Shown here: piece after piece, positions 10,810 through 21,867 of the stretch
Layout: every line of letters starts with the position of its first letter
How positions within the stretch are numbered: the first letter of the stretch is position 1
NCBI GenBank assembly: GCA_963845755.1
Contig: CAWJTV010000025.1
Location: 64,001-128,000, forward strand
Length of the DNA stretch: 64,000 nucleotides
Direction: 5' to 3'
Source of the DNA: an uncultured Planctomycetota bacterium
Lineage (GTDB): Bacteria; Planctomycetota; Planctomycetia; Isosphaerales; Isosphaeraceae
Translations under genes and position numbers: made by a program
The notes under the pieces: generated by a model
What the model saw: only the letters and a program-made list of their open reading frames with translations
Database searches by the model: none
What the model was told of the DNA's origin: nothing

Positions 10810-13800
10810 CTATGCGGCATCGCCCGCGGTTCGTAGCAACTCCTGGAAGTCTTTTCGCCCGCGGATCGGTTCGAACGCGGGCTCGCCCTTGATGAGGTCG
10901 AGCTCGTTCGGGCCGGCGGCCGACTTCTTCCAGAGCTTCAGTGCCTGGCGAAGCAGCGCGATCGAGACATCCTGGTAGGAGGCAGCCTGCGCGTTTTCGG
11001 TTTTCGAGAGGGCCGCGTAGATACAGGCGACATTGTGCAGCACGAGGTAATCGTCACTGCCGTGCAACAAGGATAGGTCGGCCTCGCGCTGGGCGTCGCG
11101 GGGGAGCTTGCTCAGGGCCTGGACGTAGCCGAGTCCGGTGTGGGCTTCGGCGTTGTCGGGAGCGACCTGGACCGCGGCAGCGAAGTCGGCCGACGCCTTT
11201 TGGTGCTGATTCAATTGCTCCCAGGCCCAGCCGCGCTTGATCCGCAACTTGGCGAAGTCCGGCGCCAACGCGAGGCCACGAGTGTAAGCCACGATAGCCT
11301 GGTCGAGCCGGCCAGCGTGCTCCAGGAGCGCGCCCAGGTCGTCGAACAGCCCCGCCTGCTTCCCGCCCATCTGGACAGCCTTGAATAGCTCGGCGAGGGC
11401 CAGTTCGAGCATCGTCCGCCCGGTGGGGCCGCCGCGCTTCTCCTGGGGAAGTTCCGTGTAGAGGAACCGGAGCAATCGGCCGCGCAAGCCGTGGACTTCC
11501 CAGCCGCCGGGGTCGATCTTGCGGACGAGCGAGACGTAGGTGTCGAGGTCGGCCAGGGCGCGAGCGGTGTCGTTTCTCGAGAGGTAGATCAAGGGCCTGT
11601 CGAGGTAGACAGATCGGAAGCCCGGGCTCGCGGCAACCACCCGGTCGAAGTCGTCGAGGGCCTTCTGCGCCTCGCCCCGTTCCAGGTGAAGCTGGCCCCG
11701 ATAGTAGGCGGCCTCGACGAGCCGCTTGTCGTCGGGGGGGGCGAGGACGGCCTCGAAGTCGGCCAGCGCCTTGTCGTACTTCTTCTGCCGCCAGGAGACG
11801 ACGCCGCGATGCAGGCGGGGTGGGCGGGCGTCGGCGTCGATGTCGATGGCCTGGTTCAGCGCGTGCTCAGCTTCGTCGTAGCGGCCTTGCTCGGCGAGGG
11901 CCAGGCCGAGGGCGCTGTAACCCCAGGAAGCCTTGGGGCGGATCGCGACGCAGGCGCCCAGCGCCTCCACGGCCTCGGGGAACCGCCCGAGGCTTTGCAG
12001 GCAGCGGCCAAGTTGGAGCCGCGCCCAGTAGTGGTCAGGGTCGATCGCCAGCGCCTGGCGGTAGAGCGCAACCGCCCTCTGCATCCTCGCCGGGTCGAGC
12101 TGCCAGGGCTTCAGGTCGGTCCGGTCGCCAATCCGCGCCGCCGACTCGTCACGCTCGCGTTCGCCCAGGAGGAACAGATCCAGGGCCGTCCTCGGGGACT
12201 TCGGGTCCTCGGCCCGCCGGCGCATCTCGGCCGCCTGTTTCTCGTCCCCGAGCTGCTCGTAAGCACCGGCCCTGAGCCGGAAACTGCTAACCGACGAGCC
12301 GCCCAGCCGCGTCGCCCGGTCGAGGGTCACAAGCACGCGCTCAGCACCGGCGTGACCGGGCTCGGCCCGGAGGGTTTCGGATGCGGCGAGGATCAGCAAG
12401 CCGTGGAGCTCGGACCTGACCGCCGTGCGATCCTCGGGCAACGGCAGCGCTTCGAGGGCAGGTCCCCACGGTTCCGCCAGCTCGATGGCGACCCGTGAAA
12501 TGGCCACACCCTTGTGCGGGTCGAAGTAGGGGGCATGCTCGGACGCCGGGTTGGTCGTGGCGGCGAAAAAGTTCGCCTCGTCCGCGAGGTGCCGGAACGT
12601 CCTCAGGTCGCCCCGTGCCTGCTCCTGCGCCTTCAGGCGGTTGGCCTCGAGGCTGGCCTCGGCGCGGAGACGCTCGGCGTCGCGGACCTTGATGGCCGCG
12701 AAGAGCGCCGACGAGCCGATCAAGATGGCCGCCGCTGAGCGGCCGAGGGCCTTGCGGTTCCGCCTGGCCCAGCGCCAGGCGCGGGCGGCGAAGCCTTCGC
12801 GGTACGCCGAGACGGCCTCGCCGGCAACGAACCGCTGAATGTCGTCAGCCAGCTCGGTCGCGGTCTGATACCGGTCCGCCTTCGCGTGCGCCATCGCCTT
12901 GAGGCAGATGGCGTCGAGAGCCTTGGGCACCAGGGGTCTGATCGAGCGAACGGACTTCGGGGGTTCTTCCTTGGCCTTCTTGAGGATCTCGCGCATGGTC
13001 TTCGCCGAACGGGGCGGGTACCCGGAGAGGATCTGATAGAGGGTTGCCCCGAGCAAGTAGATGTCGCTCCGCTCATCGACTTCTTCGTTCAGGCCCGCCG
13101 CGACCTCCGGGGCCATGTACGTAGGCGTGCCCATAATGGCGCCGTCGTGTGTCTCGGTGTCAGGGATCGACTCCCTCAGCCGGGCGGATGGGCTCGACTC
13201 ATCGCGCCCGGCAGGGTCGTTGTGGCCCAGGACCTTGGCGATGCCCCAGTCGAGCAGGATGGTCTCGCCGAAGGGGCCGAGCATCACGTTCTCGGGCTTC
13301 AGGTCGCGGTGGAGCACGCCACGGGAGTGCGCGTAGGCGACCGTCTGGCAGAGAGCGAGGAACATCTGGAGCAGTCGGAGCTGCTCGACCTCGAGGGCGC
13401 CTCCGGTCAGCTTCCTGGCGTGGAACTCCTCGACGACCTTCTGGAGCGTGCGCCCCTGGACGAACTTCATCACGTAGTAGGGCTCGCCTTCGGCGTTGGT
13501 CCCCAACTGGTGGACGGGGACGATGCCTGGGTGTTCGAGCTGGCCGGTGATCTGGGCCTCAACGCGAAACCGCAACTGCTGGTCGGAACTCTTGCCCAGC
13601 ATCCGCTTCAGCGCGACCGACCGTCCGATCGCGGGGTCCTCGGCCAGCCAGACCTCGCCCATGCCCCCCTTGGCGAAGAACCGCTTGAGGACGTAGTTCC
13701 CACAGCGCTGCTGGGGCGAGACCGGCTCCGCGGCTTGGCCTCCCCGATGCCTGGGATCATAGGCGCCGGTGCCGACCTCGGTCGGGTCGAAAGCACCAGT

Positions 13801-14097
13801 GGGCCCCGGCCTGCCCTGGGGATTGAGTTCGTACCCCCCCGTGGGGTCAATCGGTTGCGTAGCGTTCGCGTCCAGGGCCTCGGTCGCATCCATACCGCTC
13901 GATTCACCCGGATCAACGGCTCCGGTGGCCTGGAATGCGATCGGTAGTTCGTCAGCCGAGGGAGCGGTTTCGCAGTCCGTGCTGGCCCATCCCCGGTCGG
14001 TGATGTCGGCGGCGGTCGCGGCGGGCTCGACTCGCGGGGAAGCCCCGGTTTCGCGCGACGCGATCGTCGAACTCAGATCGATTGTCTCGTCAGGCAT
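10810..14097 (-). CDS. Ser/Thr protein kinase with TM segment and C-terminal TPR repeats
   Basis: Intact 1095-aa ORF: KGGMGEV, VALK, HRDLKPEN, DWG, GTPTYMAPE; hydrophobic SAAAILIGSSALFAAI; multiple TPR-like repeats; GAGGAGG RBS. Confidence 0.92.
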   Translation of the reverse strand: MPDETIDLSSTIASRETGASPRVEPAATAADITDRGWASTDCETAPSADELPIAFQATGAVDPGESSGMDATEALDANATQPIDPTGGYELNPQGRPGPTGAFDPTEVGTGAYDPRHRGGQAAEPVSPQQRCGNYVLKRFFAKGGMGEVWLAEDPAIGRSVALKRMLGKSSDQQLRFRVEAQITGQLEHPGIVPVHQLGTNAEGEPYYVMKFVQGRTLQKVVEEFHARKLTGGALEVEQLRLLQMFLALCQTVAYAHSRGVLHRDLKPENVMLGPFGETILLDWGIAKVLGHNDPAGRDESSPSARLRESIPDTETHDGAIMGTPTYMAPEVAAGLNEEVDERSDIYLLGATLYQILSGYPPRSAKTMREILKKAKEEPPKSVRSIRPLVPKALDAICLKAMAHAKADRYQTATELADDIQRFVAGEAVSAYREGFAARAWRWARRNRKALGRSAAAILIGSSALFAAIKVRDAERLRAEASLEANRLKAQEQARGDLRTFRHLADEANFFAATTNPASEHAPYFDPHKGVAISRVAIELAEPWGPALEALPLPEDRTAVRSELHGLLILAASETLRAEPGHAGAERVLVTLDRATRLGGSSVSSFRLRAGAYEQLGDEKQAAEMRRRAEDPKSPRTALDLFLLGERERDESAARIGDRTDLKPWQLDPARMQRAVALYRQALAIDPDHYWARLQLGRCLQSLGRFPEAVEALGACVAIRPKASWGYSALGLALAEQGRYDEAEHALNQAIDIDADARPPRLHRGVVSWRQKKYDKALADFEAVLAPPDDKRLVEAAYYRGQLHLERGEAQKALDDFDRVVAASPGFRSVYLDRPLIYLSRNDTARALADLDTYVSLVRKIDPGGWEVHGLRGRLLRFLYTELPQEKRGGPTGRTMLELALAELFKAVQMGGKQAGLFDDLGALLEHAGRLDQAIVAYTRGLALAPDFAKLRIKRGWAWEQLNQHQKASADFAAAVQVAPDNAEAHTGLGYVQALSKLPRDAQREADLSLLHGSDDYLVLHNVACIYAALSKTENAQAASYQDVSIALLRQALKLWKKSAAGPNELDLIKGEPAFEPIRGRKDFQELLRTAGDAA

Positions 14098-14147
14098 TGG
14101 GGGGCCTCCTCAAAAGGTGGACCGGGGCCGCTCGGTGTCAGGTGGGG

Positions 14148-17100
14148 CTACTCCGGCGGCTCGAGGCTCGGCTTCCGCGCCGAGGGCGACCCGGCCGGAG
14201 GCCGTTCGTTGAGCTGGGAGACGACCAGACCGGAAGCCAGGAAGGCAGCCGCCCAGAACGCGCCTGACCCCGATCGATTGCAGCTCGGAGTCGACCGGGA
14301 CACGCTCCTGGAGCAGCCCGTCAATCCCGTGGTCCCAGAGTACGAGATCGATCTGGTCCTGGTCCGGCGTCGACTCGGGAGCGATGTCCGACGTCGTGAT
14401 GGGGGCGGCCTGGGCCGGCCCTGGGTTCGCGTCCTTGACCTGGTGATTCCGCATTGCGCGGTCTCTCGCCGCCCCGGGGATGGCAGGGCGGCCCAGTTTC
14501 TCGAGCATCTCGTGGAACTGGCGGAGCACCGCGGCCGCCGGCTTCCGGCCCAGGGAGTCCATCACCCCGCTGACCCTGGACAACCCCTGATTCAAGACCT
14601 GGAAGATCGACTGGAAGGACAGAGGGCCGTTCTTCTCGTCGATTTGTTCCACGGCGAAGTCTTCCGACAGGCTCAGGGCGTACGACTTCAATATCGGCTG
14701 GCCGGGCCCGGTGGCTCCGCCTGTCGGGGCGGCGGCCGTGGCCCCGCTGGAATCTGTGGAGGAATTTTCGCTCGTCTCTTCCTCGAACGTGACCAGCCCC
14801 ACGAGCAAGGCCGCGCTCGTAACCGCCGCATTCGAGGCCAGCGTCGCGTCCACGCTGGACGACGTTTCTGGTTCCACTGTCGGGCTCGCGGGGCTCCCCG
14901 GGGATCCGGGAGACGAGGCGGCGCCGGTCTCCCCGCCCAGGGCAAGCTCGAATGCGGTCTCCCCGCCCTGCAACTGCGCGGTGAACTCCTCGGCCGAGAC
15001 GCCGGCGGCGGATAACACCACCGCGCCGCCTTGCGCCGTGGCCGCGACGTTGGCCACATCGAGATTGAACGTCCCCGCGGCATTCTCCATCACGATCATC
15101 TCGACGTTCCCGCCGACAGATACGAAGGACGAGCCGAGCCCGTTGGACACCGCATTGGTCGACAGGTTGTAGGAGAGGTTCAGGCCCTGGGGCGATTGGA
15201 GGCTGATCGACACGGGGTCGAGCCAGATAATCGCGAACGACGGGAGCGTCTGCTTCGTCGACCCGGAACCCGGCGACGCGTACAGCGGGAGGTACCGCGC
15301 GAGGATCTCGTCGTTGACGGCCGCCGTGATGGCCGAATCGCCGAGGGCCGCCTGGAGCCCCTGGTCGAGCACCGCGGTGAGGTCGCCCACGAGCTGGGTC
15401 AGGAACGGCGAGGCGACGACGCCCGACCTGGGTGTCGGGACGGTCGGGCCGACGGGGGCCTGCACCAGCCCTGGCTCGTAGAGGCTGGCGCCGTTGACGA
15501 CGAGCGAGCCCGTCACGGTTACGACCGGATGCCCCGCGAACGAACCGTCGCCGGCTGCCAGCTCGCCGGCCTCGGCCGCGTTGAAAGCGGCGGCCTGGAT
15601 CGCGGGGGAGAGCACGATCTCGTACGAACCGGCCGCCAGGGGTTGAGCGAAGAGCAGCGTCACCGTCTGGTCCACGGCGGTCGGGTACGTCAGGCCGCTC
15701 GTCACATCGACGTTCACGCCCGGGTCATAGATGATCGACTGGCCCCCGGATGTCGCCGCGATCGGGACCACGCTCTCGACGCCTGGTCCGAGGAAGATCA
15801 CCGAATAGTTGGCGGGGTCCTCGGCGGACGCCGGGTCGAGGCTGTCGCCCTGGAACGTCAGGACGATGCTCGTGATCGGCCCGCCGGGGATCGGCGAGAG
15901 CGCGCGGACCGACACGACCTGGGGGAGCACGTCGATGTCCAGCGTGTAGTCGCCACTGCCCTGCGCAAGGCCGCCGGCCTCGGCCGGTTCGCCGAAGACG
16001 TGGATCGTCAGCACCGACCCCTGGGCGACCACGACCCGGAATCGATCGCCGGTGCCCAGCACGTCCCCGGCGGCGTCCATCACCTTCATCCCGAGCCCGG
16101 CGCCCCCGACGTCCTGGAACAGGGCGGAGAAATCGACCACCTCGGGGCCGCTGCCCGGGACGTCCTCGGTCGGGACCTGGTAGGTAAAATACGCGTCCTC
16201 GAATCCGGGGACGATCGCCTCCGAATCGGTGACGATATGAACGGAACTGCCCAGGTCGCGGGCGGTGGCGAGCGTGGTATTGGGCGCGACCGGCAGGGAC
16301 GAACTGCTCGACCCCTCGGGCACGCCGGAAAGCACCCAGACGCCCCCGGTGTCGGTGGCGACCAGGTCGGTGTTCCCGTTGTCGTCGAATGCGGTGATCT
16401 TCCCCGCCGACTGGAGCGTGGCCTGCAACTGGGGCATCCGAAGATGGTGAACTGACCCTGGGCGTCGAACTCGGCCGGGAGGAAGTAGACGGCGCCGCCG
16501 CCGCCGCTGGTGGACTCGGCGGTGGCATAGATCCCGGGCGTGCCGGCGATCTCCGCCTGGCCGGCCGGGGGCGTGCTGCCGGAAATGGTGCTGTCGAAGC
16601 CGACCACGGCCAGGCCGAAGACGCTCACGTCCGAGCCGGCGGTGGGCGGCATGACGGGGTACGCTTTGGGGGACCCGAAGGTGCCGTTGCCGTTGCCCAT
16701 CTGGACGTAGACGTTGCCTCCGTTGGTGCTGGTGGTGATCAGGTCGAGGATGCCATTGTCGTCGAGGTCCACCGCCTCGGCGGCATTGGTGTTCTCGCCG
16801 ATGGTGAACACGGTCCCGGGCTGGAAAGTGCCGTTGCCATTACCCAGGAAGATCTCGGCCAGGTCCGAATTCTTGCTGAAGACGATGACATCGTCGATGC
16901 CGTTGCCGGTGAAGTCGCCGACGACCATCGGGCCGGCGCCCTGGGTGAAGACGGTTGGGTAGAGTACCTCGGGCTCGAAGGTCCCGTTGCCCCGGCCGAT
17001 CAGGATGGCGAGCTGCGAGGTCCCGACGCCCTCGGGGAAGTTCTCGAGGACGGCCATGTCGACGTTGTTGCTCCCCGCGACGAAGTTGCCGGTGACCAGC

Positions 17101-20100
17101 GAGTCTGGGTTGGTCACGGCGTCGTCGGTGCGCTGGGGCTGGAAACCGCCGTCGCCGTTGTTGAGCAAGACCGAGACATCGCCCGCGCGGTAGTTGGGGA
17201 CCGCGACGTCGAGCTCCCCGTTATCGGTGAAGTCGGCCACGCCAATCTGCCGGTAGCCCGCGTTCAGGAAGGACGTGCTCAGGCCGGGGCCCACGGCGTA
17301 TTGCTGGGGCGCCTGGAAGGTCCGGTTGGCGTTGCCCGCCAGCACCTGGAGCGTATCGGTGGTGTCCACGTTGGAGACGAGGATGTCCGGTTCCGAGCTG
17401 CCGCCCAGGTCGGCGACCCGGACCGAAGCGGGGTCGCCCGCCGTCGGCAAGAAGAGTGCCGTGGTGCCCGGCGTCTCATACTGGTCGAAGTTGGTATAGG
17501 TGAAGGTGTAGTCCCCGTTGTCGGCGGGACCGTTGCCCGCGACCTGGATCAGCAGGACCTCGCCCTGAGTGACGGGCAGGCTGACGGTCTGGGGTACGCC
17601 GGCCGGCGTACCCCCGGAGGTCCCCGACATCAGCACGGTCTGGCCATCGGCGCTCAAGATGTTGAGGACCAGGTCCCCGGAGACGACGGCAGACGGGTTG
17701 AGCGTCACGGACAGCGATCCGGAAACGGCTGCCTCGATGCGGTAAAGCGTCTGTCCCCCCGCAGCGATGTTGCCCGCCACATTGCCCCCGACCAAAGTGC
17801 CGAGGTCGCCGGTGAGCGACTGGAGCACCAGCGAGTACGCGATGGTGGACGTGCCGCCGCTGACGTGCACAAGGTAGGTCTGACCGCCGACGCTGTTGAA
17901 CACGAGCTGGCTGCCGATGACGGCGCCCGAGGAATTCACGACCGGCGTCACAATGGCCGGCAGGACGTTGCCGCTGGAATCCGTCAGCTCGACCTGGAGC
18001 TCGGCGGCGTCGCCGGAGGTCGCCGTCGCGACGACGTCGAGCACGCCGGAAGCACCGGCCTGGAGGCTGTACCAGTTGTCGTCGCCCGGGCCCACGGTCA
18101 ACTGGGGCACCTGTCCCTGGGTCGTGATCGTGCCCAGCGCGGTGGCCGTCGCCGGACTGTCATCCGGATAGTACCGATCCAGCGGCGGGGCCGGCGGCTG
18201 GTCGAGGCTGTATTGCTGGAGCTCGATCTCCTGGTTGCCGTTGACCACGGTCGTCCAGACGGCGTAGCCGATCCCGTTGACCGCGGCCAGTCCGATCTGG
18301 TCGCCCAGGTAGTCGGTGGTCGTGCCGTCGCCGTCGGTGAAGGCGCCGGCGGACGGGTTGAAGGAATCGTCGCTGAGGCGGAAGTTGGCGCTGAAGTTCT
18401 GCCCGCCGTTGTTGCTCACGGTGCCGAAGACGTCGAGATCGTTGTTGAGCGGGTCCTCGCGGGTGTCGTACCAGACCACCGTGACCTGGCCCTGGGCGTC
18501 GACGGCCAGGCTGGGAAGGACATGGCCGGCCACGACTTCCTGGGCCAACTGCTGGGGCGAGTCGAATAACGTGAAATTGCCGTTGTCGTCGTCGTTCAGG
18601 ACCGACATGTACAGGGCGTCCGCGTAGGAGGGCAGGTCCGCCAGGTTGGTCGTCTCGCTGCCGACCTGGAACATGAACTGCCAGGTCTGGCCGTAGTCAT
18701 GGGAATAGGCGAACACGATCTCGGGCGCCAGGTCCTCTTTATTATCGAAAACATCATATGACTGGGCCGCGGCAATGTAGACCCAGCCGGGATGGCTGGG
18801 ATCGGCGACGATGTCTTGGAGTGGCAGGGTCAGGAAACTGTCGTCGCCCACGCCGCCCTGGGACAGCGTGGGCGACGGGTCAACGATGGCGGCCTGGTAC
18901 TGAAGGATGCCCAGACCGGTACCAAAGTTGGGCTGAGTGAAGCTGGCCCCGTTGTCGAGCGAGTGGTATACGGTGAAACGACCTCCATCCCAGGTGGACA
19001 CGTAGAGATCGCCCTGGGGACCGATCGAGACCTGCGGGTAGTAGATATACCCCTGGCCCGCGTTCCCTTGATCGTCGGGGATTCCGTACGCCGCGGCGTA
19101 CTGCTCCTGGATCACGGTCTCCTGGACGTTGCCCGGTTCCCCGGTTGCGGGCTCGGTCTGCAACCGGGTCTGCCAGGTTTGGCCGCCATTGCGGGAGACG
19201 GCGAACATGACGTCCGTGCCGTCCTGGGAATTCGGGTCGCCGGGGAACTGGCCCGGTGCATAAGCCCGGACCCACGTCACGTAGAGGTCGTCGTAATCGG
19301 GGTTGGGCTGGCCGTTGGGCAGGCTCTTGTCGGTGTCGATGGCGAAACTGGGTATCATCTCGAAGTTGACCTGCGTGCCCGTGAAGGTATGCGAGACCAC
19401 GGCGACGGGCTGGCCCCAGTTGAGGCCGCCGTCGGTGCTCCCGGACACGAAGATCCCATTGTTCGACGCGAAGCCGTCGTCCATCTGCTGGGGGATGCCC
19501 GGTTCCGGCAAGGTCAGGGGTGGCTGTTGCGGCCCGAGGTAGGTCGCCGCCATGAACGCGATGAACACGTTCCCCTGGCCGTCGAACTCGACGGTGGGCT
19601 GGGCCGCCCCCTGGTTGAACCCGCCGGGCAGCGGGACCGACGAATCGGTCCAGGTCGCCCCGTCGTCCTCCGAAACGGCGACGCCGATGCCTGCGTAGCC
19701 GGTGTTGACCAGCGAGTAATCCATGGAGGCGACGACGATGTGGTTAGGGTTCGACGGGTCGACCGCGATCGAGGGGTTCTGCTGGATGCCCGGCGCGGTG
19801 GTCACCGCCTGGTTGGGCGCGATGGATAGCGCCGCCTCGTCGGTGCCGAGCCCCTGATTGGCGTCGTCGGCCGCATCGTTGTGCGTCAGAGCGTGGTTGG
19901 GATCGATCAGGAAGCCGACGATCGTCTGCGAGGTCGAGCCGAAGCCGGCCGGCGGCGTCGAGGGGAGGGCCACGGTCACCTGGCCGGTGGTCGAGGACTG
20001 CGCGGCGAGGCCGTCGAAGTGGAGCGTCGCGATCGATGGGTCGGAGGCCGCGATCGTGCCGTCGTCCGAGAGGAAAACGCCGACATCGAACGCGGGCGCG

Positions 20101-21138
20101 TCGCCGTAGCCTTCGTTCGCGATGGTGTAGTTGATCGTGATGGCCTGGCCCCAGGTCGTGGCCTGGGTCGAACAGGAAGAACGAGGTGGTGGTGAGGTTG
20201 GAAGCCGGCTGGAGGCCGAAATCGACGCCCGTGGCGTTCTGTCCGTCGGTGACGGTGACAGTCTGCTCGGCGCCCGCCGCGGGGTACGTCTGGACGTCGC
20301 CGGGGGCGGGGACCAACCCGACCTCGTACGTGCCGGAGGCCAACCCGGTGAAGGAGTAGTTGCCGCTGCCATTGGTCACGGCGATCGGATCGGGCGTCGT
20401 GATCGTCAGGGACCAGCTTTGAAGAGTGATGCCACCCTGGGCGCCGGGGAACAACAGTCCCCAGGTGCCGTTGGGGTCGGTGCTGTCGATATAGGCGTAC
20501 GGCTCGTTGAAGAACTGCTCGGGGATGTACGTGCCGGAGATGTTGGAACCGGTCGCGTCGGTGATCGGGGTCGAGGCGTTCATGGCGAACGAGCCGTTGA
20601 ATGTCTCACCCGGATTGAGCAGGAACGCGATGGGGAAGTCCCCATTGATCTGTGCGGCCGGGCTGACGACGCACACATTGATCGGGTAGGGGTTGGTGTT
20701 GGTCAGGTCCATCGTCACGGTCAGGTCCGTGACGCTCGACGGGAGGCCCTGGACCGTCAGCGGCGCCCAGAGCGAGGGACCGACGAAAGAAACCGAGCTG
20801 GGCTCCGGCCCCATGGCGGTGGACCCGGCCAGTGTGGTCACGTCCTGGTCCTGATGGTCGTTGTTCAGGTCCAGGAAGACGTTCTCACCCCCTACTCCGG
20901 CATTACTCGGAGACAGCACGCCGGTGCCGGCCTGGTCCAACTCGACGGTGCCGGCGATCGACGCCGAGAGGAGGACATAGTCCTCGAGCCACTCGAACGC
21001 CGGCCGGGCCGGGAGTCGACTCCAGGAAAACTTGCCTCTGCGCCGGCGGGTTCGCCGTGTCGAGCGAGCGGTCGTTGACCGAGAGAGGTGGAGGAGGCAG
21101 TCGCGAAGTGTGGGACCACTCGCCGTCGAGATAGACAT
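14148..21138 (-). CDS. Large (~2,300 aa) surface protein: LEDYVLLS leader, P-domain-like, SdrD-B-like, CARDB-like, Asp-box propeller, PPC-like and FG-GAP/VCBS repeats; frameshifts near 20175, 16435 and 14280
   Basis: Stitched from ORFs 19744..21435, 16086..20372 and 14110..16437. Motifs: FEWLEDYVLLS; TNGSGNYSFTGLASGTY; six S-x-[DN]-x-G-x-x-[WF] Asp boxes; ADFTDNGELDVAV, GDFTGNGIDDVIV and DLDDNGILDLI. An alternative final frame gives AFWAAAFLASGLVV with a stop at 14148. Confidence 0.75.
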
Positions 21139-21205
21139 GGGCCAGGGTCCTGGAGAGCCAAGGAGACGGTGGCGTCCGCTGTTCCGGAGACACAGGGTTG
21201 TCTCG

Positions 21206-21325
21206 GAGTCTGTTCCCGAAGGGGCGGGTCCGGGCGAGCGGGGGGCGTCAGCCCCCTGTCCGGTCAGCGACGGCACTCGAAGACAGGGGGCTGACGCCCC
21301 CCGCTCGCCTTTCCGGAACAGACTC
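21206..21325. mobile_element. 120-bp palindromic MITE (copy 1, intergenic)
   Basis: Terminal inverted repeats GAGTCTGTTCC...GGAACAGACTC enclose an inner inverted pair, GGCGAGCGGGGGGCGTCAGCCCCCTGTC / GACAGGGGGCTGACGCCCCCCGCTCGCC. Confidence 0.8.
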
Positions 21326-21867
21326 GCAGTCGGCGACGAGGGCAGGGAGCCATTGGGCCACCTGTCGAGTATACCCCATGCGGCCAAGCGTCGCCGGTAT
21401 CCAGATTTTCTGAAGTATGTGGTCATCTGGGTCAACCTTTCATTGGTAAGGTCCCAACTGTCAACCTACTTCACCGTCTTGCCCATCCCTCTCGCACGGT
21501 ATTCGGTGGGCGGTCCGACCTCAACCTTGCGCTGCCGGCGCCGCCCGAGACGCTGAAACGCCGTCCTGGCTCCCAAGGCGATCAGGCCGGCGGCAACGCC
21601 GATCGGGAACCGCCCGACGGTCTTTCCACCGGCTTCCGGCAAGCCGCCCAATTCCTCCTCGGAGGCGCTCGTCCGTGGGTCGGTACGCGGTCCCGCCCTC
21701 CTCGGACATCGGACGGCCCGCAATCTCGGACACCACCGCATCGGCCGGTTCCACAACCGAGCCGGACGCGGTCAACGCGTACCGGGAACCCCACTCCGCC
21801 AGGATGGAGTCCCGGACGCCGTTGTGCAGGTCCGTGGATTCCCTGTGCTGCGAAAGTGCGAGCCAGA

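Noticed and set aside
21139..21435. N-terminal extension of the second surface protein to 21435
   Set aside because: It is mostly read-through of the stop-free MITE copy 1.
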